This document shows positions 8,196-16,959 of a DNA stretch of 55,910 nucleotides, one piece after another. The stretch's first letter is position 1, and each line of letters begins with the position of its first letter. The position numbers were made by a program, and so were the translations under genes. The stretch comes from Kiritimatiellia bacterium (lineage in GTDB: Bacteria > Verrucomicrobiota > Kiritimatiellia > RFP12 > UBA1067): positions 1-55,910 of the forward strand of contig JAHBAE010000051.1 in the NCBI GenBank assembly GCA_018384485.1, read 5' to 3'. Below the pieces are notes generated by a model, which saw only the letters and a program-made list of their open reading frames with translations, was not told where the DNA came from and did no database searches.

Positions 8196-8864
8196 ATGCA
8201 AAAACGTTTAACTCTTTTTGCCGGTCATTACGGCAGCGGCAAAACTAACATAGCGGTAAATTACGCAAGAAAACTCTCACAATCAGGGTTTAAAACTGCA
8301 TTGGCCGATTTAGATATCGTAAACCCATACTTTCGCACAAAGGACAGCGAAGAACTTCTCAGGCGTGAAGGTATTGAATTGGTCGTATCTGATTTTGCAA
8401 ACTCAAACGTCGATTTTCCCGCCCTTCCCAAAGACGTGTACTCAATTATCGCCGACAAGGAAAAGCATATCGTAATGGATATCGGAGGAGATGATCGCGG
8501 AGCGCTCGCCCTCGGCCGCTGGACCGAAGACATCGTTTCAAGCGGAGACTATGAAATGCTCGCCGTTATCAATGCTTCCCGCCCGCTCACATCAACGCCT
8601 GAGGATACAGTCGAAGTTTTAAGAGAAATAGAAAACGCCTGCTCAATACAGTTTACAGGAGTTGTTAACAACACAAACCTTGGGCAGCAAACGACAGCCG
8701 CCGACATAATCGCTTCAATGCCGTATGCTCAAAAAACAGCGTCTTTATTGGGCCTTGAGGTGCGATTTACGTGTTGTGCGAACGGGCTTTTGAATGAACT
8801 TGAAGGGAAAATCCCCAAGATTTTCCCTATCGAAATCCAAAAGTTATATTATCATATGACTTAA
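8196..8864 (+). CDS. P-loop NTPase of unknown function (SIMIBI/MinD-like fold suspected)
   Basis: 222 aa. Walker A GHYGSGKTN near the N-terminus, then hydrophobic strand plus Asp (ADLDIVNP and VMDIGGDD). It is the only plus-strand gene in the window. Confidence 0.55.
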   Translation: MQKRLTLFAGHYGSGKTNIAVNYARKLSQSGFKTALADLDIVNPYFRTKDSEELLRREGIELVVSDFANSNVDFPALPKDVYSIIADKEKHIVMDIGGDDRGALALGRWTEDIVSSGDYEMLAVINASRPLTSTPEDTVEVLREIENACSIQFTGVVNNTNLGQQTTAADIIASMPYAQKTASLLGLEVRFTCCANGLLNELEGKIPKIFPIEIQKLYYHMT

Positions 8865-8881
8865 AAAACGGCCGCGCCCCA

Positions 8882-9331
8882 TTAAGGGACGACGACCGTG
8901 CGCTGCTCGTAGTGACCTGGTTGCCAAACTCGCACTACCGTGCCGTTAGCCTGTACTTGGTCAACATACCTTCCTTCAACCCAAACGCTGCTGACCGTAG
9001 TTACTGGCTGAGGTGTGACCACAACTGGAGCCGTGACTACCGTAGGCGTAGTTAAAACGGTGGGCGTCGTGACTACCGTAGGCGTAGTTACATAGTTCTG
9101 CACGAGAGTCCTACCTACGATTCCTCCGACAACACCTCCAGCAAACCCAGGCCAGAAATGCCTTCCGCCCCTGCCCCAGGCGCTATGATGATGGTGTTGA
9201 TGGTGCCTTGGCGCGAAGTGATGTACGCCGTGATGCCGGCCGCCTGGACCTCTGCCGCCCCCGTGAGGGCCTGCGAACAGGCTCGCTGCAAAAACGGCAA
9301 GTCCAACCGTTAATATTACTTTCTTGTTCAT
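8882..9331 (-). CDS. Secreted His/Gly/Arg-rich protein with TTPTVV repeats
   Basis: 149 aa. Signal peptide MNKKVILTVGLAVFAASLFA. HHGVHHFAPRHHQHHHH tract. Three TTPTV(V/L) units. C-terminal W/Y-rich beta motif VWVEGRYV...VRVWQPGHYE. AGGAGA Shine-Dalgarno. Confidence 0.6.
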   Translation of the reverse strand: MNKKVILTVGLAVFAASLFAGPHGGGRGPGGRHHGVHHFAPRHHQHHHHSAWGRGGRHFWPGFAGGVVGGIVGRTLVQNYVTTPTVVTTPTVLTTPTVVTAPVVVTPQPVTTVSSVWVEGRYVDQVQANGTVVRVWQPGHYEQRTVVVP

Positions 9332-9416
9332 TTTCGTCTCCTTTCTTTTTTAACCCGGCTTTTTGCCGCGCAACGAATGGTTAGGAGAGTAAAGACAGAA
9401 AATCTGACAACCTTTT

Positions 9417-10121
9417 TTATTTACTTTCGAGAATATCCCAAAAGTCGCCTTGATGAAGACGCGTCGCCGCCGGAGGTGGCGCAACTTCAGGAGTAACTGG
9501 AATAGGGAAGGAAGGTTTATCGAATGACCGCTTGTTGAGAATACGGCGGCGGCGGCGCCAATCGGGAAGACGCTCATCCATTAGACTGCAAAAACGCGGC
9601 CCGTGCGACGACTCTTTGAGATGCGTTATTTCATGGACGACTATATATTCAACAAGTTCTTCGGGGACGCGAGCAAGCTCAAGGTTGTATGTTATATGCC
9701 TCTTGCGAACATGGCATGACCCCCAAAGCGATGTCATTTTACGAACATTCCAAAGAACTCCGCCCTCATTCAATTTCTCTGCCCATTTAGAAGTGAGCGC
9801 ATCGAGAAGAATGAGCAAATCAGCCTTCTCTTCACTCGTCACTTGAGTCGTATTTTCAGGCGCTCGCAAGGCCATCTCGGAACGCGTTTTTTCAACCCAT
9901 TTCCATTTAGACCGTAAAAAAGATTCCGCCGTGCGCAAAGTGGAACCCCACTTTGGTACACTTAAATTAACAATTCCGTCAGTTCCAATTCGTATACTAA
10001 TTCTGCGCACGCGCTTACGCTCGACTTTAACCGGAACACCCTCGATGAGATTCTCGCCTATATGAATCATGGCAATCGGATACTCACCTAACTCGACGCT
10101 GAGATGCGCCCGGTATTCCAA
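9417..10121 (-). CDS. YgjP/DUF45-type zinc metallohydrolase (M48-like)
   Basis: 234 aa. HEITHL zinc motif. The start may instead be the internal Met at 10070, which would remove the 38-nt overlap with rpoN. Confidence 0.7.
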   Translation of the reverse strand: MEYRAHLSVELGEYPIAMIHIGENLIEGVPVKVERKRVRRISIRIGTDGIVNLSVPKWGSTLRTAESFLRSKWKWVEKTRSEMALRAPENTTQVTSEEKADLLILLDALTSKWAEKLNEGGVLWNVRKMTSLWGSCHVRKRHITYNLELARVPEELVEYIVVHEITHLKESSHGPRFCSLMDERLPDWRRRRRILNKRSFDKPSFPIPVTPEVAPPPAATRLHQGDFWDILESK

Positions 10122-11475
10122 GCTTATCGCGGTACTTTGCGACAGTGCGCCTCTTTATCGGGAAGCCTGCCGAAGAAAGAATCGCCGCGATCTTTTCATC
10201 GGAATAAGGCTCTGACACATCCTCATCATCGACAATTTCGGAAAGTTTTTCCAAAAGAGATTGCTGCGAAACTTCCTCCCCGGAAGCCGTTTTGACGGCA
10301 GTGGCGAAAAACTTTCTAAGCTCCATTGTTCCAAACGGCGTTTCGGCGTACTTGTCGCGCACAGTGCGAGAAACGGTGGCGGGATGAAGACCAACCGCCT
10401 TTGCCACATCAACCTCCGTAAGAGGGCTGAGAGCGGCAAGCCCCTTGTCGAAAAACGGCTGCTGGCGGTCGAATATCTCTTGTGAGATCTGCCTTATGGT
10501 CTCGCGCCTCTTCTCCACCGCCTCGCGGAAAGCGACAGCAGACGCGATGCGCTCCTTCACATATTTTTTCGTTTCGTCACTCTGCGTTGAATCCTCTAAA
10601 AGAGATTTGAACTTTTCAGAAATTCTAATGCCAGGCAATGAGCGTTCGTCCACCACAGCAATCCACCGGCCGTTTTCCTTAACCGCATGCACCTCTGGAT
10701 TGACAAACTCCACCCGTTCTCTTTCGCTTGGATACTGCCGCCCAGGACGCCCATCCAGCGAGCGCAATGCTAAAACAGCCTCTTTAAAACGTTCTCTTCC
10801 GACTGCAAGAGACTGTTCAATTCTTGAAATCCGCCCAGAAAGAATATCTCCGAGATGGTTGCTTACAATAAGCCTTACAACTTCCCTGACATCGGCGTTT
10901 TCAATAGAATCAAGCTGAGACAAAAGACATTCCTTCACATCGCGTGCGCCGCAGCCCGGAGGATCGAAATCACGTATTTTCGCAAGGATTGCCGTAATCT
11001 CCTCTTCAGAACGACCAAACGCCATGGCGACATCCGCAACCGAACCTTTGTAATAGCCTTTATCGTCAAGATCTCCAACCAAAACCTCGACTATCGGATA
11101 ATCTTCTCGCGGCAGATCGGAAAGAGGAAGCTGCTGAAGAAGATGCTCTTGAAGCGTCTCCTCCTTAACTTGATTGTCAAAAAACGCCATCCTGCGCTCT
11201 GCCGCCTCTTCGTCTTTGCCTACTGTAGGCTCGTAATCGTCATCCGGGAAGTCTGGCTCGTCGTTTTCCTCCGACCTTTGAGCCTCCACTGAAGAAAGAG
11301 GAGTTTCAAGCGGATGTTCAACATCTTCTATTGCAGGATTAGCGCTCATCTCTGCCGCAATTTGCGCTCTAAGCTCAGGCAGAGATTTGGAGATCAATTC
11401 AATAAACTGCCTCTGCCCGGCAGATAGCGACTGCTTCTGCCGTTGACTCGTTGCAAGTGAAACAGATGCGTTCAT
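10084..11475 (-). CDS. rpoN: RNA polymerase sigma-54 factor
   Basis: 463 aa. Gln-rich region I (SLSAGQRQFIELI), core-binding region, HTH, and C-terminal RpoN box ...RRTVAKYR. Confidence 0.93.
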   Translation of the reverse strand: MNASVSLATSQRQKQSLSAGQRQFIELISKSLPELRAQIAAEMSANPAIEDVEHPLETPLSSVEAQRSEENDEPDFPDDDYEPTVGKDEEAAERRMAFFDNQVKEETLQEHLLQQLPLSDLPREDYPIVEVLVGDLDDKGYYKGSVADVAMAFGRSEEEITAILAKIRDFDPPGCGARDVKECLLSQLDSIENADVREVVRLIVSNHLGDILSGRISRIEQSLAVGRERFKEAVLALRSLDGRPGRQYPSERERVEFVNPEVHAVKENGRWIAVVDERSLPGIRISEKFKSLLEDSTQSDETKKYVKERIASAVAFREAVEKRRETIRQISQEIFDRQQPFFDKGLAALSPLTEVDVAKAVGLHPATVSRTVRDKYAETPFGTMELRKFFATAVKTASGEEVSQQSLLEKLSEIVDDEDVSEPYSDEKIAAILSSAGFPIKRRTVAKYRDKLGIPGASQRRVR

Positions 11476-12374
11476 CGCCTCGGAGCCTCCAAAATCCAGC
11501 GCTTGTTATACCAGAACCAACAACCAGGACGGCGGCGAACTTGATCATCAAGAAGGCGCATCACCTCTTTTGTAAGCCGCACGGCTTCTTCCTTCTGATC
11601 TGAACACGAAGTATCGGGGCGCAACGTCGCAATATGATTAAAAATATGCTTGCCTTTTTCTCGATACATTTGAGCTACAACTATCGGACAGCCGCTCTTC
11701 ACGGCGAAGAAAGCGCCAGAGTGGCTTACATTCGCCTTGCCGCCGAGGAAATCAACCTCAACATCACGCTTAGGCACGCGCAAGTCAGGAAGAATCGCAA
11801 AAACTCTTCCTGACGCGAGTTTTTCAAGTATCTGAAACATCGTCTCTCTGCTGTCGCGATAAAGAATCTCGACATCTCCATACTGGCGATTCATCCATGC
11901 GTCAAATTTTGGATTGCGCTGATGAGCGGCCAATGCGAAAAGAGGCAAGCCGTATTTCGCCATCGACCATGCCGCCATATACCAATTTCCAGAATGGGGA
12001 ACCATCACTACGACGCCTCGCCCTTCATCCGCATACGACTGAAGCTTTTCTTTATACTTTAACCCTTCAAAAACGTGACGATCCATCCACTTGCGCGTCA
12101 TACTCGGAGCACGCATCATCTCAACGGCATTAAGAAGAATATTCTGTAGTGATTCTACCGCTATATTGAGAGCTTTACGCCGAGAAATCCCAGGAAAGAC
12201 AGATTCGATTCTTCCGAGAGTTCTCGCACGCTTAAAGCCGAACACGCGAACCATCACCCAACCCGCTGAACGCGCAAAAAACGCTGCTAACGGATACGGC
12301 AACGCATTAATAAAAGCACATGCGCACCTTAAAGCGTAATATTCAAGATTTATTGAAAATGAACTTTTTACCAT
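11472..12374 (-). CDS. Lipid A late acyltransferase family protein (LpxL/HtrB-like lysophospholipid acyltransferase)
   Basis: 300 aa. N-terminal membrane anchor. HSGNWY (Hx4-type) motif. 4-nt overlap with rpoN. Confidence 0.7.
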   Translation of the reverse strand: MVKSSFSINLEYYALRCACAFINALPYPLAAFFARSAGWVMVRVFGFKRARTLGRIESVFPGISRRKALNIAVESLQNILLNAVEMMRAPSMTRKWMDRHVFEGLKYKEKLQSYADEGRGVVVMVPHSGNWYMAAWSMAKYGLPLFALAAHQRNPKFDAWMNRQYGDVEILYRDSRETMFQILEKLASGRVFAILPDLRVPKRDVEVDFLGGKANVSHSGAFFAVKSGCPIVVAQMYREKGKHIFNHIATLRPDTSCSDQKEEAVRLTKEVMRLLDDQVRRRPGCWFWYNKRWILEAPRR

Positions 12375-12399
12375 TTCTGCAAGGCAAGCAACAATACCG

Positions 12400-12924
12400 T
12401 CATTTGACGGCGGCTACTTTTTTCTGCGCGGATTTCACAGCGCGACACACGGCGGAGGATGTTATCGTTGCGGCAGTAATAGCCTCGATGTTTCCGCCAT
12501 CTTTCTTAACCTTGACGCTCATGCCGTCCTTACCGTTAAATTGCGAGGCAAACTCAGGGTCGTTGAGCTTCATTCCAAGCCCAGGCGTTTCCGCCGCATA
12601 AAGCGTTTTATACCTTATGACAGTTTTTCCGTCAGCTGCGAAACCGACCATAAGCTTAATATCGCCGCCATAACCACCTGCATCAACACCTTCGGAAGCG
12701 TAGCCCAACACGGCTCCTGACGAATCAAGGCCGATAAAAATTGAATTTTTATTTTCAATCTTCACAACGCCCTCGGGCATTACCGCCTGCACAGCAAGTT
12801 TTTCACGCTCCGCCCCCATCTTCGCGATGGGATCTTTAGTCAATGCGCCGACATGCGCCAAAACCGCGGCACACACGGCGCTTATGATTGTAAGCGAAAA
12901 CACAAGACCAATAAATTTTTTCAT
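12400..12924 (-). CDS. rnfG: Rnf complex subunit G (FMN-binding)
   Basis: 174 aa. N-terminal anchor and FMN-attachment motif region ITAATITSSAV. Confidence 0.88.
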   Translation of the reverse strand: MKKFIGLVFSLTIISAVCAAVLAHVGALTKDPIAKMGAEREKLAVQAVMPEGVVKIENKNSIFIGLDSSGAVLGYASEGVDAGGYGGDIKLMVGFAADGKTVIRYKTLYAAETPGLGMKLNDPEFASQFNGKDGMSVKVKKDGGNIEAITAATITSSAVCRAVKSAQKKVAAVK

Positions 12925-12953
12925 TTTTATTTTCCTATTACTGCGTTCTTCAC

Positions 12954-13946
12954 TTATTTCTTAAACCCGAAAGGTTTAGGCTGAGTCCAGCGGTTTATAA
13001 GCGGGCAGACCGAGTTCATGATGAGGATTGCGAACGAGCAGCCTTCAGGATATGAACCGAATTGACGAATGAGCATACATAAAAGACCGCAACCCGTGCC
13101 GAAAATAAGTTTGCCCTTGGATGTGGTGGGGGAAGTTACGTAATCTGTCGCCATAAAGAACGCACCTATCATGACGCCACCCGTCAAAAGCTGAATATGC
13201 GCGCTCGCGCCGCCTGCAAAGAACGAATAGAGCCAGACCGTAGCTATGAAGGAAACGGGAATATGCCATGTGATAACCTTGCGAAGAAGAAGGTATATGC
13301 CGCCGAGTAAAAGCGCGGCGGAAGAAACTTCTCCGATGCACCCGGGCATATTACCGATGATAAGATCGGTCAAACCGGGAATACCAGCCTCGCCCGCCTT
13401 CATTGTAGCCTGTGCAGTTGCTTCCGAAACAAACATTCCCTTCATGGATGCAAGAGGCGTAGCCGTTGTTACTGCCTCGGGTGTACGCCACCAGAAAGGC
13501 TTGAGCCACGTGGTCATGGGCCCTGTGAACGAAATAAGCATGAACGCACGCGCCGCAAGGGCCGGGTTGAACGGATTCTTGCCAAGGCCACCAAAGACCT
13601 GCTTGCAAACTGTTATCGCAAAGACCGACCCTACAACAGCCATCCAAAGAGGAATCCCGGCAGGAAGGTTAAGCGCAAGAAGAAGGCCTGTAAGCACGGC
13701 GGAAAAATCACCCACCGTCCCTTCGCGGCGCATCGCGATGCGGCAAAGCGATTCAACAACAATGCACGTTGAAACGCACACTGCAATCGTCCAGACCGCA
13801 GGCATACCGAAGAAATAAATTCCCGCCGCAGTCGTAGGCAAAAGCGCGATAATCACATCAAGCATAATGCGAGAGACGCTCGCATGAGAATGCGTATGCG
13901 GGGAACTTGAAAGAACGTAATGCTCTGATATATCTTTTGGCTTCAT
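12954..13946 (-). CDS. rnfD: Rnf complex subunit D
   Basis: 330 aa polytopic protein. NqrB/RnfD blocks FNPALAARAF, TTATPL and FFMATDYVTSP. Confidence 0.9.
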   Translation of the reverse strand: MKPKDISEHYVLSSSPHTHSHASVSRIMLDVIIALLPTTAAGIYFFGMPAVWTIAVCVSTCIVVESLCRIAMRREGTVGDFSAVLTGLLLALNLPAGIPLWMAVVGSVFAITVCKQVFGGLGKNPFNPALAARAFMLISFTGPMTTWLKPFWWRTPEAVTTATPLASMKGMFVSEATAQATMKAGEAGIPGLTDLIIGNMPGCIGEVSSAALLLGGIYLLLRKVITWHIPVSFIATVWLYSFFAGGASAHIQLLTGGVMIGAFFMATDYVTSPTTSKGKLIFGTGCGLLCMLIRQFGSYPEGCSFAILIMNSVCPLINRWTQPKPFGFKK

Positions 13947-15355
13947 TTCTGAATCTCCTTTTTTTCCGCGGCATTCTGCGCAGCGGCGGCCTTTGCTTTC
14001 TCGGCTGCGATACGCGCCCTTATTGAATTTTTAGCCCGGCGGCAGAATTGCGTTATCGTCCTGTATGCAGGGCAGGAGAAACTGCAAGCGCCACATTCAA
14101 TGCAAGTCATGACATGCGCGCGTTCTGCATCGGAAATATCGTTGGCCTCGACCGCTTTTGATATATCTGCCGGATTAAGACACATCGGGCAAGCCCTCAC
14201 GCAACGCCCGCAATTAATGCAGGGCCCTGACGTATACTGGAAAACGCGGCGAGAGGAAAGAAGAAGAATTCCAGATGTAGTCTTCGTAGTTGCTATTTCA
14301 AGAGATGGAACTGCAAAGCCCATCATCGTGCCACCGGAAATCACTTTCGCCGGAGTCTCCTTTGTGCCGGAACAAAACTGAACGAGATCAGAATATTTCG
14401 TTCCGCATGGAGCGAGAATGTTCTTCGGCTCTGAAATCGCATCGCCAGAAACGGTAGTGACGCGCTCAAGAAGAGGTTCGCCCTTCTCCACGGCATCGGC
14501 GATGGCAACAGCTGTGCTGACATTTTCAACTACACACCCGACATCAATCGGAAGAGCTGGGGGCTCGGGAACGATTCTTTTCACAGTAGCGAAAATCTGA
14601 TGCTTTTCGCTGCCCTGCGGATAAAGAACTGAAAGAACAACGATTTCAACATTTCCAGAAATATCGGCAAATGCCTCCGAAAGAGCCTGAATGGCATCGG
14701 GCTTGTTACTCTCTACCGCAATGCGCACGGCGCACTCGCCGAGAATCTTGCGCATTATCTCAACGCCCAGCCTGATGCGAGAGGCTTTCTCAACCATAAC
14801 GCGATGGTCGGCGCAAAGATACGGCTCACATTCGGCACCGTTGATTATAAGATATTCACAACGCTTACCAGGAGGAGGATTGAGCTTTACCGAAGTGGGG
14901 AAGCCCGCGCCTCCCATACCGCAGATGCCGGCTTCTTCAACACGCGCTATAAGCTCTTCGCGAGACGAATTTTCCCAATCCAGCGGCTTAAGAACAGGCC
15001 CGTCACCAAGCATCTCAACGCCTTCAGGAGCGCTTGCCGTTGTATCGAGAATAACTGCATCGGCCTTGCCTCCGGCAGGACCCAAACGCTTCTCAACGGC
15101 TTTGACGAGCCCTGAGGCGCTCGCGCGGACACAAACAGAAATAAAACCGTTGCGTTCGCCGATAATCTGCCCTCGAGAAACGTAATCGCCCGGCTTTACA
15201 ATGCACTTGGCGGGAGCTCCGAGATGCTGGCTCATCGAAATAACGAGCTCTGACGGCATTGGCAGCGCTTCAATCAGCTTGTTATTCGCCAAACCCTTGT
15301 TATAATCAGGATGAACCCCACCCTTGAACTTAAACGCGCTTTTTACGACTTTCAT
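13943..15355 (-). CDS. rnfC: Rnf complex subunit C (NADH-binding, 2x[4Fe-4S])
   Basis: 470 aa. GMGGAGFPT, CINCGRCVRACP and CIECGACSFSCP. Confidence 0.92.
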   Translation of the reverse strand: MKVVKSAFKFKGGVHPDYNKGLANNKLIEALPMPSELVISMSQHLGAPAKCIVKPGDYVSRGQIIGERNGFISVCVRASASGLVKAVEKRLGPAGGKADAVILDTTASAPEGVEMLGDGPVLKPLDWENSSREELIARVEEAGICGMGGAGFPTSVKLNPPPGKRCEYLIINGAECEPYLCADHRVMVEKASRIRLGVEIMRKILGECAVRIAVESNKPDAIQALSEAFADISGNVEIVVLSVLYPQGSEKHQIFATVKRIVPEPPALPIDVGCVVENVSTAVAIADAVEKGEPLLERVTTVSGDAISEPKNILAPCGTKYSDLVQFCSGTKETPAKVISGGTMMGFAVPSLEIATTKTTSGILLLSSRRVFQYTSGPCINCGRCVRACPMCLNPADISKAVEANDISDAERAHVMTCIECGACSFSCPAYRTITQFCRRAKNSIRARIAAEKAKAAAAQNAAEKKEIQK

Positions 15356-15389
15356 AATCTAAAACTCCTCAGTTCACGCATCTTATGCA

Positions 15390-16199
15390 TCAATGGCCGC
15401 TCTCAAGGAGAGGATCGACGGACATACATTTAGCCGGGCACTTCGCAACTATCTGCTCGTCGGTTGGAGGATTGGAATAGTTTACTTTTGCAAGGAAACC
15501 TTGGAATGTAAAATGCCCCGCCTCTTTGCCGCCTGAATTCTTCTCGCAAAGATGACACCCCATACATCCTACGCCGCATACCTTGCGGACGGAAGGCCCC
15601 TTGTCGGGATTGTTGCAAAGAACATGAATCGTAGCGGAAGAAGGAACAAGCTCAATAAGTTTTTTCGGGCAAACGGAAACGCATTTCCCGCAACCGATGC
15701 AAAGACGCTTATCAACTTTCGCAAGGCCGTCATAAATTGAAATAGCCCCTTTGGGACAGACATTCGCACACGCGCCGTAGCCCAAGCAACCGTAGACGCA
15801 GCCCTTGTCGCCACCGGCCGTCATCGCGGCAACATTGCAATCGCAGATACCGTTGTAATCGCCTACGCGAATCGCCTCGCTTCTCGTGCCGCAGCATTTA
15901 ACGAGCGCAACGCGCTTTTCAGTGGCGGAGGCTTCAACGCCGAGTATGCCTGCGATTTTTGCGGCAACCGCTTCGCCACCCGCAGGACACGCGCCATTGG
16001 GAGCAGTCCCCTCAACAAGTGCGCGGGCGTAGGCGTCGCAACCGGCAAAACCGCAGCCTCCGCAGTTGGCGCCTGGAAGCTCGGAAAGAACAAGCCCGAT
16101 ACGCGGATCTTCTTGCACGCTAAGATATTTATCAGCCACCGCAAGAACGAATGAAGCAACCAAACCAATACCTGCAATGCATACTATTGCTGTAATCAT
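15390..16199 (-). CDS. rnfB: Rnf complex subunit B (polyferredoxin)
   Basis: 269 aa. N-terminal TM helix. CGGCGFAGCDAYA plus several CxxCxxCxxxCP clusters. Confidence 0.9.
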   Translation of the reverse strand: MITAIVCIAGIGLVASFVLAVADKYLSVQEDPRIGLVLSELPGANCGGCGFAGCDAYARALVEGTAPNGACPAGGEAVAAKIAGILGVEASATEKRVALVKCCGTRSEAIRVGDYNGICDCNVAAMTAGGDKGCVYGCLGYGACANVCPKGAISIYDGLAKVDKRLCIGCGKCVSVCPKKLIELVPSSATIHVLCNNPDKGPSVRKVCGVGCMGCHLCEKNSGGKEAGHFTFQGFLAKVNYSNPPTDEQIVAKCPAKCMSVDPLLESGH

Positions 16200-16242
16200 A
16201 AGAAAAATTCCTTCCTCTATTTACGCCTAAGGCGAAAAAGCA

Positions 16243-16830
16243 TCAATAAGGCAACTTTACCAAGCCCGAGAACCCCATGAAAGCCAAGCTCAAAAGCCCG
16301 CCCGTGACGAGCGCTATGGCAACGCCGCGAAAGCAACGCGGAGGATCTGCATGCTCAAGTTTTTCACGAATGCCTGAAAAAATTACGAGGGCGAGAGAAA
16401 AGCCTACGGCCGCGGCAAAAGAGAAGAACACCGCTTCGCCAAACCCCGTCTGCTGCTTGAAGTTGATTTCCGCCACACCAAGAACTGCGCAGTTCGTCGT
16501 GATAAGAGGAAGAAAGATTCCGAGCGCGGCGTGAAGCGGCGGAAGGAAACGCTTCATCGCAATATCGATGAACTGAACGAGCGCGGCGATTACGAGAATA
16601 AAGGCAAGAGTATGAATGTAATCAAGATCGTTTGGTTTCAACAACCAGTGATCTATACACCAGGAAACAGCGGAAGCGACCGTCATAACGAAGATGACGG
16701 CCCCTGACATTCCAAGCGCTGTCTCCGTTCTTTTGGAAACTCCAAGGAACGGACAACATCCAAGAAAGCGGCTAAGAACGAAGTTGTTGACTAAAACCGC
16801 CCCGACAAGTATTATAAGATATCCACTCAT
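16243..16830 (-). CDS. rnfA: Rnf complex subunit A
   Basis: 195 aa. It matches E. coli RsxA along its whole length: [35 protein letters not shown] and [14 protein letters not shown]. This identifies it as RnfA rather than RnfE. Confidence 0.92.
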   Translation of the reverse strand: MSGYLIILVGAVLVNNFVLSRFLGCCPFLGVSKRTETALGMSGAVIFVMTVASAVSWCIDHWLLKPNDLDYIHTLAFILVIAALVQFIDIAMKRFLPPLHAALGIFLPLITTNCAVLGVAEINFKQQTGFGEAVFFSFAAAVGFSLALVIFSGIREKLEHADPPRCFRGVAIALVTGGLLSLAFMGFSGLVKLPY

Positions 16831-16836
16831 GCTTGT

Positions 16837-16845
16837 ATTATAACA
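16837..16845 (-). promoter_or_regulatory. Extended -10 promoter (TGTTATAAT) 6 nt upstream of the rnfA ATG; leaderless transcript predicted
   Basis: Minus strand reads tttgttataat acaagc ATG. No Shine-Dalgarno is possible. Confidence 0.5.
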
Positions 16846-16884
16846 AATTATTACTATTCCGTGCGGATTAGTTTTGCGGGGCGG

Positions 16885-16932
16885 GTACTCGGTCGGTCAA
16901 GACCGCGATAGCGGTGTTGACTGACCGAGCAC
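16885..16932 (-). terminator. Long stem-loop between clpB and rnfA; possible clpB terminator or operator (no U-tract)
   Basis: gtactcggtcggtcaa / ttgactgaccgagcac pair at 14 of 16 positions. An inner accgc-gata-gcggt palindrome lies in the loop. Flanked by direct ggggcggg repeats. Confidence 0.4.
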
Positions 16933-16959
16933 CGGGGCGGGAACAAGCCGAATAAGGAA

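Noticed and set aside
7253-8248. 331-aa plus-strand ORF
   Set aside because: It is antisense to the guaA-like gene and runs across the divergent promoter region into the real plus-strand gene. It has no recognisable domains. It is a shadow ORF.
9350-9577. 75-aa minus-strand ORF overlapping the 3-prime end of the YgjP-like gene
   Set aside because: It is out of frame with and largely inside a gene that has a clear HExxH family signature. It has no Shine-Dalgarno and a low-complexity translation.
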